From Octopus bimaculoides (taxonomy: Eukaryota), in assembly GCF_001194135.2 (NCBI RefSeq), contig NC_068981.1, positions 90,418,521 through 90,477,917 of the forward strand: a stretch of 59,397 bases of DNA, in the 5' to 3' direction. This document shows, piece by piece, positions 38,280 through 48,229 of this stretch. The position numbers and the translations under genes were made by a program. The notes below the pieces were generated by a model. The model was given only the letters and a program-made list of their open reading frames with translations, was not told the origin of the DNA and made no database searches. Each line of letters opens with the position of its first letter. The stretch's first letter is position 1.

Positions 38280-41200
38280 GATTGATGTCTGTAGTTCATA
38301 ACCCTAGTGAGGTTTATTACTGGCTTATTTCAATACTTTTTTCTTCTTTCAGTTTCCAGTAACCCAGCAGGCCCTACTTCAATTCACAGCAGCAGCTTTA
38401 CTCTCACCTGGTCTACCAGTCTGAAAATGTCAAATATTGATAAAAATAGCTTCACTATGGACCGAGTAAGCCTTTTCTATTGTTACTACACTGGCCTCTG
38501 CTTCTCAAAATTAGTTAACTACACATCTTTGCCACCCAGGCCTGCTTACTCTACCTGTTTCTCTTCCTATCATTCTTATTGTGTTTTACTTAAATAATGC
38601 ACTAAATACTTGATCCATTCATTCCCCACCAAAATATTGGCCTCCTGGGATAACTTCTTCACTCACATTTTGACCCCCAGCATTCAACTTGAACCTCATT
38701 TACCACTGGTGTTATAAGTCTGGGAGAACTTGCAATGGACATTCTCTCTTTTGACCAATTTAAAAGACTACAAATAAATATGTCTTGTTATATAATGTTG
38801 ATTTCTGATTTTTTTTACTTGAAACCACAAATTTAAGTTATGGTCAGAATATAAGTTGATTACATTCAACCCAGTATTTTACTAGTGTAGGAGCTTGCTT
38901 AATCCTGCCTAACTGAGATTCAAAACCAAATCTACACACTTGTTGCTTGTCAGACGACTGTCTGATTCTATTGTGTTTTATCTCCATGCTGGGAGATTAA
39001 TGAGAAAGAAATCAGACTCTTCTGACAAGCAACAAGTGTATAGATTTGGTTTCAAATCTCAGTTACGCAGGGCGAAAGCGAGCTCCTACACTATTACTTT
39101 ATTTATATCAACCTTCACAAAAAAGTGAAAAGTAAACTCTGGCTGTTGGGATTTAAAATCAATTTAGGAGATATAAAAATTTCACATGGTATTTTGTTTA
39201 GCAGTGAACACTTCTGCCATCCACCAATCTTGTGTATTTTATATTCCCAAAGAATCTGGTATCTATTTCTAATTTTATGAATGCATAAAGGTTAAAAGGA
39301 TGTAAACAGGTAGTTCACTTTCATGTCTATTTAGATTCAGTAGGGTTAATACTGCTCATGTTTACAGTTTCGATTTAAAAGGGGTAAAGATATTAGCTAA
39401 TGATTGTTAATTTTGAAATTTCTAAATTTTTGTTCCTCTTTATCAGGTTCCTTATGATGCCCCGTTGATAGGATCTATTTATCTCCGTATGAAATGCAAC
39501 ATGGAAACCAATGTTAGTGAGAGTGGCTTTCTGGTAAGTTGGGTTGCTGAGCCATTTATTTATTTATTAACCCATTAGTGTTTAAACCAGCCCAAATAGT
39601 CTACTTGTTTTGTTCAAACTGGCCAGTTTTTGGCCTCTCACACCTATCTTACAATGTTATTCTAAAACTAAACTCTCAAATCATCAAAATCTTGAAGTTA
39701 GGAGATAATTCCTGATTAATTCAGACCATTTGGCAGAATAATCTGAATGCTAAAGGGTTAAAGAGGACCTTATCAAACAAAATAGTCCTTTCCAATTCCG
39801 AATCTATCTTGTTAATTAAACAACATTTTCAGTAGAAAAATTGTTATTGTTACAAAAGTAAAATAAAGCTTTTCTTTCTTTTAACATCAGTTGAAATAAT
39901 TGTATTAGTTTCTTTACATGATTTTTTTTTTATTCAAGAAATCTTTGATGTAGGATCCCTTTTATCAAGTAAGCATGAATTACAAATTCTGTCTCCTGAT
40001 ATTTAAATTGGATTAATAGCGATGAGGGCTTCAAATGATATAAGGTGTATCATAACCGAGCATTATAACATTTATAAAACAGTATTAAGACATGCTTTCA
40101 GAAACATGTGTCATTAGTAATCACTAGATCTCAGTTTATTTTGATTGTTTTTCTCAACTGATTAAAACAGGAATATTATGAGACATAATAACCTAGTCTA
40201 ATTCAAATCGTAGTCTGCTTTAAAAAATTGCTTGCTAGATAATGGAGACCAAGAAACATTGAAAACTTGACAAAATGATTACATTTGAGTTGACTTGGCC
40301 CTAAACTACAATATTTTATGTATAGGTCTAAGATATTAAAATATTTTAACCCTTCAGCATTCAGATTATTCTGTCAAATGTAATGCTTATTAATTTACAT
40401 TGTTTTGAGTTAATTATGCATTATCATGTAGCTTTGAGATTTCAATGGTGTGATTGTTTATTCTTAAAATGACATTGTAGGATAGGGGGTGAGAGGCCAA
40501 ATCTTGCCAGTTTGAACATGTGGAAGCATGTGGTTAGGGTGTTGGACTCATGATCAGAAGATTGTGGTTTTGATTCCTGGACCAAGCAATATGTTGTGTT
40601 CTTGAACAAAAATTTCATTTCACGTTGCTCCAATCCACTCAGCTGATGAAAGTAAGTATTCCTGCAACAGACTAGTGTCCTGTCTAAGTGGGGAATTTAT
40701 ATGCCTTGGAAACCAGCCCTTATGAGTTGGTATGACCCAAGAAGGAACTTTACTTTTTTTACCTTTTTTAGTTTGAACCCAAAACAGGGAATATTTTGAC
40801 TGGATATGGCCAGTTTAAATGCTAAAAGTTAATATTTTTTTTATCTAGATTTAAGAAAAGTTCATGTAAATGCCTAATATTACAGAATTGTGTAATAGTT
40901 TTGTTTTTTTTAATCAATTTCATTTCCAGACTATGTTTGAAGATGTAAGTGGGTTAGGTGCCTGGCATAGGCGTTGGTGTGCTCTTTCTGGAAACAAAAT
41001 GAAATATTGGAAATATCCAGATGATGAAAACAGAAAGGTAACTGTTTTTTCTTTGTTTTTAAGTTCTTATGATTTCATCAGAGTAGTCTTAGCTAGTCAA
41101 TTATTCAATTTCATTTTTGTGATTTATACTTCTACCCTAAGGTTGAACTCTTTTAATCATATTTTACCAAGGACTTATTAGCTTGTACTGATACCACGAG

Positions 41201-42719
41201 AAAATGTATTTGGTATGCTCTGTAAAGTGAATTGGGTTGGTGATAGAAGGGCATCTTAATTGTAAAAACCAAGCCAAAATGACATACATGAGCACCAGTC
41301 TGTGAGAGCAGTGGCTCCCCACTAAAAAGTGACTTGGATCATGAACTGTTCTGCTCATTCCAGCATGGAAAGTGAATATAAATTTGATAATAACTTGAAG
41401 TGTTGCTAAGTGGAAGTATTGAATTGTTCGTGCATCAGACAAAATGCTTAACATTTCTTCTGGCTCTTTATGTTCTGAGTTCAAATACTGGCTAAGTGGA
41501 AGTATTGAATTGTTCGTGCATCAGACAAAATGCTTAACATTTCTTCTGGCTCTTTATGTTCTGAGTTCAAATACTGGCATGGTCNNNNNNNNNNNNNNNN
41601 NNNNNNNNNNNNNNNNNNNNNNNNNNNNNNNNNNNNNNNNNNNNNNNNNNNNNNNNNNNNNNNNNNNNNNNNNNNNNNNNNNNNNNNNNNNNNNNNNNNN
41701 NNNNNNNNNNNNNNNNNNNNNNNNNNNNNNNNNNNNNNNNNNNNNNNNNNNNNNNNNNNNNNNNNNNNNNNNNNNNNNNNNNNNNNNNNNNNNNNNNNNN
41801 NNNNNNNNNNNNNNNNNNNNNNNNNNNNNNNNNNNNNNNNNNNNNNNNNNNNNNNNNNNNNNNNNNNNNNNNNNNNNNNNNNNNNNNNNNNNNNNNNNNN
41901 NNNNNNNNNNNNNNNNNNNNNNNNNNNNNNNNNNNNNNNNNNNNNNNNNNNNNNNNNNNNNNNNNNNNNNNNNNNNNNNNNNNNNNNNNNNNNNNNNNNN
42001 NNNNNNNNNNNNNNNNNNNNNNNNNNNNNNNNNNNNNNNNNNNNNNNNNNNNNNNNNNNNNNNNNNNTATACACAGGCATCATACAATTTGCCTTTCACT
42101 CTGAGGAAGAGGCCCTTCGTTTCTAATAGAGGTAGTAGCTCTCTGAACTTTACCCAGCCTGTTCTAGTAGCTATGCTTTTGGAACAACCACCCCAACTAC
42201 TAACTTGGTCACCTAAGTAATGGAAACTATCTATTATCACTAAGAACCCCCCACCCCCCGACATTTGAGGGAGTCTATTTTTTGTACATTCCTGAAGTTT
42301 AATGTACCTGCATATCTGCTACATGTAAAGACTACTTTCTCTGTTAGTCTTCCAGTGATACTGCTGCACCTCTTATGTGTCCATAGCTTGCAATCATGTA
42401 CACCAAATGGAGTTTCTACACCGATATAAAGAAGTCAAAAAATGAGTAAGAATACACTTGGAAATGGAGTTAGAGGGAAAATGATAGAATCCAAAACAAT
42501 GAGAAAGAGTAAAAGTATGCAATTATACACAAGGATCCCAGCTCCTTCATTTACTACATATATTTATGCTTTTTCAGATGGTAATGCTTTCCCAAATAAA
42601 ACTGCACTTCGTTTTTGAAACTCTGAAGCTATACCGCAATGGTTCCCAACCTTGTCACTACCAAGGACCCCTTTTATTTAAATGAGTTTTCCTCATGGAC
42701 CTCTTAATATATCTATCCT

Positions 42720-42773
<54 letters not shown>

Positions 42774-44038
42774 GAAATTTTGAATTTAGTTCATGGACCC
42801 CCAGTACTACCTTTGCAGACCACCAGGGGTCCACAGACTACAGGTTGGGAACCACTGCTATAGAGTGATATACAAACACTGTTATGAATGCATTGCATCT
42901 TATAGCAGAAACAGTCATAAGCTATTGAAGTTCATGACATAATTTCTTATTTCCATGTCATTTATCTAATCTCTTATTACTGCTCTGTACTTAACTGACG
43001 CATATATTGAGTTTTGACACCAGGTTATTAGTATGGCTATGACTAAGCAAAATTATATATATATATATATATATATTGCTATGTTGGCATTGCTTTAATT
43101 AGTTCTTGATCTTATGTTGGTTTCAAACTAGAGTTTCCCAGTTACTCTATTTATTCTTTGAATATGTGGCTGTGTATATGAAATAATGTAAATGTCCAGC
43201 AGAACCAACATAACACAGTGTGTAATAAGGCTGGATCTTTGAAATACAGGTGCAGTTCTATCCAACAGCCTTCTGTACATTTCATGTCTACTGAATTCAT
43301 TCACAAGGTTTGGGTTGATCTGAAGTGTTAGTTGTTGAAGATACTTGCTCTAAGTTCTGTTCTTAACCGCAGACAGAATAGCAAAATAGCTACTTAACAA
43401 TTTTCTTAGACCTGATCTGTTTGTTAGCTAATGAAACTCTTTTTGTCTTCAAGAACATGTTATTGGTGTTATAGAAGAATACTCATCTTTCAAACTGTAC
43501 TTAACAGTTACATGTTCCAGAATTCATTGTAACAATCAAACAAAACTGTTCATATAAAAAAAAATGTTTTTTTATCTCCAGGACCCTATTGGTTACATTG
43601 ACCTAAAGAGATGTATCACTGAGAAAGTTGGGTTAATCTCACGAGATATCTGTGCTCGACCAAACACATTTGAGATGTGTACTGTAAGACCACTTCGGCC
43701 CGGAGAAGAAGACACATTGGTCACTCGAAAACATCACACAATGGCTACAATCAGGTATGTATTAACCATTCTTATTTTGTATCTGAATTTCTCTCTCTCT
43801 CTCTGTTTTTATGTTTGCACACACAATGTATTCATTAAAAGAATATATGTAAATATCTATTTAGATTATTCTGAGAAAATTAAAATTTGTCTTCTCTATT
43901 TTCAGACATATGTTATCTGCAGACACCAAAGAAGAACGCATTTTATGGTGCAACAAATTAAATGAAGCTCTTGACAACATCCGGGCTTGGCAAGTGGATG
44001 CATTAAAGCCTATCAAAGTTCCATCTCATGCTGTCTAG
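8594..44038 (+). CDS. ANLN: Anillin (actin-binding cytokinesis scaffold), spliced gene, about 1,280+ aa
   Basis: Hand-spliced exons keep frame. N-term [19 protein letters not shown] resembles human MDPFTEKLLERTRARRENL; [22 protein letters not shown] resembles the actin-binding region; [11 protein letters not shown] and the AHD are present; PH domain [39 protein letters not shown]. Confidence 0.96.
9356..9914 (+). CDS. Candidate alternative first coding exon of anillin ([14 protein letters not shown].., 186 codons + 1 nt)
   Basis: Stop-free ~190-codon CpG-retaining ORF in AT-rich intron 1, ending at a TTG|gtatgt phase-1 donor. Confidence 0.5.
10346..10618. mobile_element. hAT MITE with perfect 8-bp TSD
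   Basis: TIRs CAGGGGTTTTCAAAC / GTTTGAAAACCCCTG; TSD GGTTAGAC at 10338-10345 and 10619-10626. Confidence 0.92.
11998..12041 (+). CDS. Candidate 44-nt linker exon ([15 protein letters not shown]) of the alternative N-terminus
   Basis: Strong pyrimidine acceptor (cttccacttttttgtcttctcggcag|), GAG|gtgggt donor; phase 1 in, phase 0 out, open frame into exon 2. Confidence 0.45.
13459..13680 (+). mobile_element. Near full-length SINE family A copy, CpG-retaining, preceded by (ATT)n
   Basis: ggcggtgagctggtaggatcgttagcg..gttctgagttcaaac head plus core. Confidence 0.85.
16361..16690 (+). mobile_element. tRNA-derived SINE family D. Related heads at ~33880-34130(-), 40520-40750(+), 56290-56525(-)
   Basis: A/B-box-like tggctcagtagttag..gagttcaattccc and shared tttcatgttgctccagt..ctcagctg core. 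Confidence 0.7.
17579..17708 (+). CDS. ANLN: Anillin exon 2 ([16 protein letters not shown])
   Basis: T-tract..atatcag| acceptor, |gtaagc donor; 130 nt, phase 0 to 1. Confidence 0.92.
19020..19423 (-). mobile_element. tRNA-derived SINE family B, full-length. Other copies near 6066-6470(+), 15342-15727(-), 18200-18520(-), 20215-20590(-), 28620-29015(+), 29361-29765(+), 31483-31848(-), 37493-37645(-)
   Basis: Head ggagtggctgtgtggtaag..ggttccgggttca.., internal (TA)/(TG) microsatellite, tail ..gactgaaacaagtaaaa(gagta)n. Confidence 0.88.
19880..20048 (+). CDS. ANLN: Anillin exon 3 (..[15 protein letters not shown].., myosin-binding-like)
   Basis: tttttag| acceptor, |gtcagt donor; 169 nt, phase 1 to 2; motif resembles human RMQKLAEQRRRWDND. 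Confidence 0.92.
20628..20651. repeat. (TAG)n microsatellite. Others: (TA)n 1-18, 451-474, 16720-16762; (TC)n 1427-1465; (ATT)n 13432-13458; (GAT)(GGT) 38248-38282
   Basis: Directly visible. Confidence 0.9.
22569..23907 (+). CDS. ANLN: Anillin exon 4, large S/P-rich disordered and actin-binding region
   Basis: Poly-T acceptor, |gtgagt donor at 23908; covers ORF 22624+; ends with [25 protein letters not shown]. Confidence 0.95.
24806..24842 (+). CDS. ANLN: Anillin exon 5 ([12 protein letters not shown])
   Basis: ttgcag| acceptor, |gtgagt donor; 37 nt, phase 0 to 1, bridging exons 4 and 6. Confidence 0.85.
25356..25647 (+). CDS. ANLN: Anillin exon 6 (polyproline [13 protein letters not shown]-rich)
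   Basis: cttcctctag| acceptor, |gtaagt donor; phase 1 to 2. Confidence 0.88.
26100..26470 (-). mobile_element. RTE-type 3'-end repeat, family C. Other copies near 14068-14350(-), 14660-14870(+), 20700-20960(-), 24026-24300(-), 27615-27770(+), 31060-31200(-), 31270-31460(+), 32015-32200(+), 38030-38270(+)
   Basis: Shared catcatcgtttaacgtccgctttccatgc..acagctggatgcccttcctaacgccaacc block, matching the 47040-47718 element. Confidence 0.85.
26961..27459 (+). CDS. ANLN: Anillin exon 7 (acidic region, ..[11 protein letters not shown]..)
   Basis: tttacag| acceptor, |gttagt donor; phase 2 to 0; contains ORF 27043+. Confidence 0.88.
27798..27921. repeat. Long imperfect palindrome / hairpin
   Basis: 27798-27838 is the reverse complement of 27880-27921 with few mismatches; inner aactgtaag/tttgcagtt pairing extends the stem. 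Confidence 0.85.
29178..29308 (+). CDS. ANLN: Anillin exon 8 (..[12 protein letters not shown])
   Basis: ttactag| acceptor, |gtaatg donor; motif resembles human PLAYSIDAYRS. Confidence 0.92.
29938..30430 (+). mobile_element. Internally deleted Tc1/mariner element (TA TSDs included)
   Basis: ~28-bp imperfect TIRs (tacaagttgtccataaagtcatggtgca / RC tacagggtgtccataaagtcatggcaca); transposase remnant [29 protein letters not shown]. Confidence 0.88.
32278..32404 (+). CDS. ANLN: Anillin exon 9 (..[15 protein letters not shown])
   Basis: ttcacag| acceptor, |gttagt donor; phase 2 to 0. Confidence 0.9.
32975..33596 (+). mobile_element. piggyBac-like (TTAA) MITE interrupted by a SINE
   Basis: Shares sequence with 39567-39761; ends ctgaatgttaaagagTTAA. 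Confidence 0.65.
33110..33493 (-). mobile_element. Young full-length tRNA-derived SINE with 13-bp TSD
   Basis: A/B-box-like head (tggcccagtgtttag..ggtttcgattccc); TSD TCATTGAAATCAT at 33097-33109 and 33494-33506; CpGs retained. Confidence 0.9.
33642..33780 (+). CDS. ANLN: Anillin exon 10 (RBD: [22 protein letters not shown])
   Basis: Long pyrimidine acceptor, |gtatgt donor; resembles human QQTVIYQASQALNCC..RLLLIA. Confidence 0.93.
34241..34315 (+). mobile_element. Truncated mariner-like MITE fragment (same family as 48012-48229)
   Basis: tacaaggggggtgctg..cgaaaggcctggttggagg..agggcttagaaaaactg aligns to 48012-48108. Confidence 0.7.
34344..34499 (+). CDS. ANLN: Anillin exon 11 ([27 protein letters not shown])
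   Basis: tatttcag| acceptor, |gtaggc donor; resembles the AHD GxVTLSEIRLPLK motif. Confidence 0.93.
35215..35387 (+). CDS. ANLN: Anillin exon 12 (C2-like part of AHD, ..[10 protein letters not shown])
   Basis: ctcttcag| acceptor, |gttagg donor; phase 1 to 0. Confidence 0.92.
35673..35679 (+). CDS. ANLN: Candidate 7-nt anillin microexon (GAAACCA)
   Basis: tttcttatttctctactcag|GAAACCA|gtatgt; supplies the phase 0 to 1 shift needed between exon 12 and the 38353 exon. Confidence 0.55.
36901..37228 (-). mobile_element. Second copy of the 33110-33493 SINE family
   Basis: Near-identical to 33160-33480; 3' end lost in the gap. Confidence 0.88.
38353..38465 (+). CDS. ANLN: Anillin exon ([20 protein letters not shown])
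   Basis: ttctttcag| acceptor, |gtaagc donor; resembles SPGGLSAVRTSNF..FVLDK. Confidence 0.88.
39447..39533 (+). CDS. ANLN: Anillin exon ([21 protein letters not shown])
   Basis: tttatcag| acceptor, |gtaagt donor; resembles VPFLSSLEGHIYLKIKC..RGFL. Confidence 0.93.
39567..39761 (+). mobile_element. piggyBac-like MITE
   Basis: TTAA-cccattagtg..gaatgctaaaggg-TTAA termini. Confidence 0.75.
40346..40832 (-). mobile_element. piggyBac-like MITE (reverse copy) with nested SINE at ~40520-40750
   Basis: TTAA-cccttcagcattcag..aatgctaaaag-TTAA; interior is the reverse complement of 39567-39761; SINE head gtggttagggtgttggactc inside. Confidence 0.7.
40930..41037 (+). CDS. ANLN: Anillin PH-domain exon ([23 protein letters not shown])
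   Basis: tttccag| acceptor, |gtaact donor; 108 nt, phase 0. Confidence 0.96.
41405..41576 (+). repeat. 86-bp exact tandem duplication next to a gap (likely assembly artefact)
   Basis: gctaagtggaagtattg..tcaaatactg repeats at 41405 and 41491, just before the N-run at 41585. Confidence 0.75.
42068..42430 (-). mobile_element. RTE-clade LINE fragment (end of RT / Cys-rich region)
   Basis: ..[63 protein letters not shown]. Confidence 0.82.
42637..42857. mobile_element. hAT MITE containing a (TG)n(TA)n microsatellite
   Basis: TIRs caatggttcccaacct / aggttgggaaccactg; flanks ctataccg / ctatagag (6/8 TSD match). Confidence 0.8.
43582..43754 (+). CDS. ANLN: Anillin PH-domain exon ([16 protein letters not shown])
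   Basis: tctccag| acceptor, |gtatgt donor; phase 0 to 2. Confidence 0.96.
43906..44038 (+). CDS. ANLN: Anillin terminal exon ([22 protein letters not shown])
   Basis: ttttcag| acceptor; PH C-terminal helix; TAG at 44036-44038. Confidence 0.95.
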
Positions 44039-44391
44039 CTGTGATATACATATTCTTTGCTTTCCAATACCCACCTTTTGCTAGTTATTACTGAATCCTA
44101 ATGTCATGTTGCATTAGCTTGTGATTGTCCTTATTATCCAGATCATGTTGTGAACTGGCTATCTTACAAATAATGTCTAGCAACGATACTATTTATATAT
44201 ATAATCATATTTATTCCTTTTTTTTTTTTTTTCCTCTCTGTTATATATGAGTGTGATGTTCATCTCATGGTCACAATCCAGGTATAGCAGATATCTGCAC
44301 TGAAATAGTTTTAGAGGAAAATTTACAATATTTTTGCACTTTACATTGTCTCTTTGTGATCAAAAGCCTTTCTGAACAAATCACACACACT

Positions 44392-44397
44392 AATAAA
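44392..44397 (+). terminator. Candidate proximal poly(A) signal of anillin
   Basis: First AATAAA noted after the stop, in AT-rich UTR-like sequence. Confidence 0.35.
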
Positions 44398-46602
44398 CGA
44401 TTTTAAAACTTTCATTCATCAGAAAATATATTTTGTGTATTTAAACTAAATATTGATATAGATATTTGAATAATGAGAAAATGATGGGGGGGGGGGGGCA
44501 GACGAAATAGATACAGGTAATTGCCATGCATTTGTTTACTTTTTTGTGGCATTTTTATATTGATTATCAGTTTAAAGATACACAATATTACGTTTGTTAC
44601 TTAATTCAATTGAGTAAAAATTGGATCAGGACTATCCTAATGGTGCAAGTGTGTGTTGTTTGAAAAGAGATCACATTGGAAATTTGTAACTTATATTTTT
44701 AATCTGTATGCTGCTGCTTTTTATTATCATCATAATTAAAAGTAAGGTCTGTGGATTGTCAGAGCATTGGACAATATACCTTGTGGTATTTGTTCCAATT
44801 CTTTATTCTCTGAGTTCAGATCCCTCTAAAGTCAATTTTTCCTTTCTGAGATTGATAAAATAAAATATCAATCAAGTACTGAGATGGTTTAACTGATTAG
44901 CCCCTCTCCAAAATTTTTGGCTTTGTACCCAAGTTAAAAATCATTATGAGCCGTGAATTAGCGAAACTAGTAGTACTTGCGGTATCAAGTTGTGGTTTAG
45001 GTTAACTTGGTCTTTCATGTTCCAGGGTAATTATTAAATAGTAGCCAAATATGGGAGTCTAACTAACCATTGTACCCCACTCTAATATTTGTGTTTTTGT
45101 GCTGATGTTGGAAATTATTATTAGTAAGAATAGTGGATTGACAGAACCAATAGTATGCTGGACTAAATATCTCGCAGTATTTAATCTTGTCGCCACATAT
45201 TCTGAATTCATACCTACTTCTAGCTGGTTTATGACTCTCATCTTGTATGGTCATGTCATGTACAGATATGAACTGAAATTAACTCTAACATTTCATTGTC
45301 TTTGTAACTATGTTAGAAATCATTATTATCATTATTACTCAAGGTTGTGAGATGGCTGAATCATTTGGACACTGGACACGATACATAGTAACATTCTGTC
45401 CATCTTTATGTTTTGAGTTTAAATTCCACCAAGGTTGACTTTGCCTTTCATCCCTTTGAGGTTAATAAAATAAGCACCGTTAGATACTGGGGTTGATGTA
45501 ATCAGCTTCCCCTTCCCCTCAAAAACTGCTGACTTTGTGCCAAATTTTGAGACTTATTAATAATATTACTACTTTGTTGAGGAGGATGGTAAATTAGCAG
45601 ATAAAGTGACCACAGGCATGGCCAAGTGATCAAGTTCACTTTACGTTTCTGAGTTCCTGATTCCTGCCACTTCATAGTATTTTGGGTATCTTTTGACATA
45701 GTCTTAGTAAAAGTGGCCTGATGGAAACTGCATAGAAGCCTGTAGTATGGATTGCATCTATAATTTAATGGTCTAGCCTTGTCATGTATCATTGATCCAA
45801 CCTGAGAATTACATAAAATGTTCATGTATATTTGAAATACTCAGACATACATGCTAATTTAACAAGTAGGTCCGGTTGTTCATTAAAATTAATGGAGAAT
45901 CCAGCAGCACAGCAAGTAGGATGTTTCGTAGGTCCTTTTATATTCTGAGTTCAGAAATATTGTATCTAAAACTTCAGTAGGCTTTTTAAGTAATTGTGGA
46001 AATCTACTGTTTTAGTAATATCTTATCCTTTGTATTTATAACTGATGTCTAAGTTGACATCTGTTAGAAATTTATATTGTACTCGTCTTGTATTTTCATT
46101 TGTTACACTAGTGTGACAAGTGAAAATTCATCAAACTTGAAACCAGACAATCTGTCTTAGAACCATGAACATTTTTAAAATTAAGACTGGCTTAAGCATT
46201 TACATATCTTTCCCCAACACATGCATACTTAGAATTTTAATTTTGAAGCAAAATTTTGGGGGTTTATTATTTTTTTTCCTTTCTTTCCCCACCACAGATT
46301 GCTTGTGAGTTTGTATCAGTGACAATACAAGTTTGTGAATGAATTGTTTGTGTCTGGAAGAAATAGCTTTTATACTATACCTTAGCCCATCAGTTACAGA
46401 ATACTGGTGATGCATAATATATTTTAATTAATCTCCCACCTCAATTTCTTTTTCTGATAAATGTAATATATCTGTAGAATGTTAACTGAGAAAGATATAT
46501 AATATATTGACTATTTTGTTGTTTAGAACCTTTGTGATATCAAAACCCAATAGGGTAGGGTTCTTTTCTTTCATCAGAGAAATATCTTGTAAACGATTCT
46601 GG

Positions 46603-46608
46603 AATAAA
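46603..46608 (+). terminator. Candidate distal poly(A) signal of anillin
   Basis: AATAAA followed after ~15 nt by a U-rich tract (tgcattttctttttctttattt). Confidence 0.35.
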
Positions 46609-47039
46609 AACCTATATACATGCATTTTCTTTTTCTTTATTTAATTGCCTTATATTCCATTTTATACCAATATCTTACTGCAACTTTTGCATGTTTCAAC
46701 TTTGTTTTTGTTTTTTTTTTCTTGGTCTATAAAGACCAAGAATGTCTATTGCTCAAGTAATATATTCCAGCCTGGTGAATCTACTTTTTCTCTGTAAAGA
46801 TGTGGGTAGAGCAGGAGTTCTGATGGGTTGCAGTTTGAAAGGAGAATGTTTCAAAAAAGTATTTCATGGTGGAATGATGTAGTTGTTGGTACATCAGATG
46901 AATTTAGTTGGAGGAAATACATAATTAGCTATTTGAGAGAAGCAGGAGACATTGTAGTAGATTTAGTATCTCTATAACTGACTGGATTCAATATGTTGGT
47001 GAGTGTTTGCTAATCAACCAGATTTGTATTTATTTACTT

Positions 47040-47718
47040 TTAAACCCGTGGCCTTTACCAGGGGTGTAGCCAGCCCACTTACGCGTACTTTTCCTTCTTT
47101 GGACACAAAACCCTGCTTGCAAAGACCTGTTGAGGCAAGTGAAATTGAAATTGAACCAAATTCGATGACTGGCACCCATGCCAACCTTCCTTCATTGGAC
47201 ACTAAACTCTACTTGCGAAAACCTGTTGGGGCAAGTGAAATCGAAACTGAACCAAATTCGATGACTGGCACCCGTGCCAGTGGAGCACTAACACCACCAT
47301 CTGAGCAGGATCACTGCTAGAGCAGTGGTCTGGCTTCCATGCCAGTGGCACGTAAAAAGCACCATTTGAGCGTGATCGTTACCAGCGTCACCTTCCTGGC
47401 ACTTATGCCGGTAGCATGTGAACAAAACATTTGAGTGAGGCCGTTGCCAGCGTCGCTGGACTGACTCCTGTTCAGGTGGCACGTAAAAAATACCATTTGA
47501 GCGTGGCCGTTGCCAGTACCGCCAGACTGGCCCTCGTGCCGGTGGCACATAAAAGCCCCCACTACACTCTTGGAGTGGTTGGCATTAGGAAGGGCATCCA
47601 GCTGTAGAAACTCTGCCAGGTTAGATTGGAGCCTTGTGTAGCCATCTGGTTCGCCAGTCCTCAGTCAAATCATCCAACCCATGCTAATATGGAAAGTGGA
47701 CATTAAACGATGATGATG
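47040..47718 (+). mobile_element. Long 3' segment of an RTE-like retroelement with internal tandem modules
   Basis: ~93-bp internal duplication (47093-47280), repeated ggcacgtaaaa..catttgagcgtg modules, (GAT)n tail shared with the other copies in the window. Confidence 0.75.
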
Positions 47719-48011
47719 TAGTCAGCAATTTCACTAGCATTCTAATGTTGGTCTTACTTGAGCTTTGTAGATCAACTGATGAGAGCTTTAATTCTTTCTG
47801 ACTTTTGGGATTTCTAGTGAAATCCCTTCTGTGACGGTCTTTAAATGTCCACCAATAAATGATGCTTAAAATGAAAAATTGAAAGAATTAAACTAACACT
47901 AGTCAATAATGAATATTCAAACATGTCAGACTAAACAGAATGCTGCAAAAACGAATTCACCTTGATAGATATAACTGTTACTACATCCAGTAAAACACCT
48001 CACACTACATA

Positions 48012-48229
48012 TATGAGGGTGCTGAAAACTTCCTGCTTTAAGGGTGTCACGAAAGGCTTGATTGGAGGTCCAAATTTCTGAGTTCTTATACAGGTCTTAG
48101 AAAAACTGAAGGACTACTGCTATAAGAGTATGAATCTGAGGGGAATATGTTCAATAAAAACATAACTGATCCTCCTATATCTTTTTTTCTTTGTACCCAA
48201 AGGCAGGAACTTTTCAGCACCCCCTCATA
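48012..48229. mobile_element. Mariner-like MITE with TA TSDs
   Basis: TIRs TA-tgagggtgctgaaaacttcctg / caggaacttttcagcaccccctca-TA. Confidence 0.85.

Noticed and set aside
41405-41576. 86-bp exact tandem duplication as a biological finding
   Set aside because: Perfect identity right next to a gap points to an assembly artefact.
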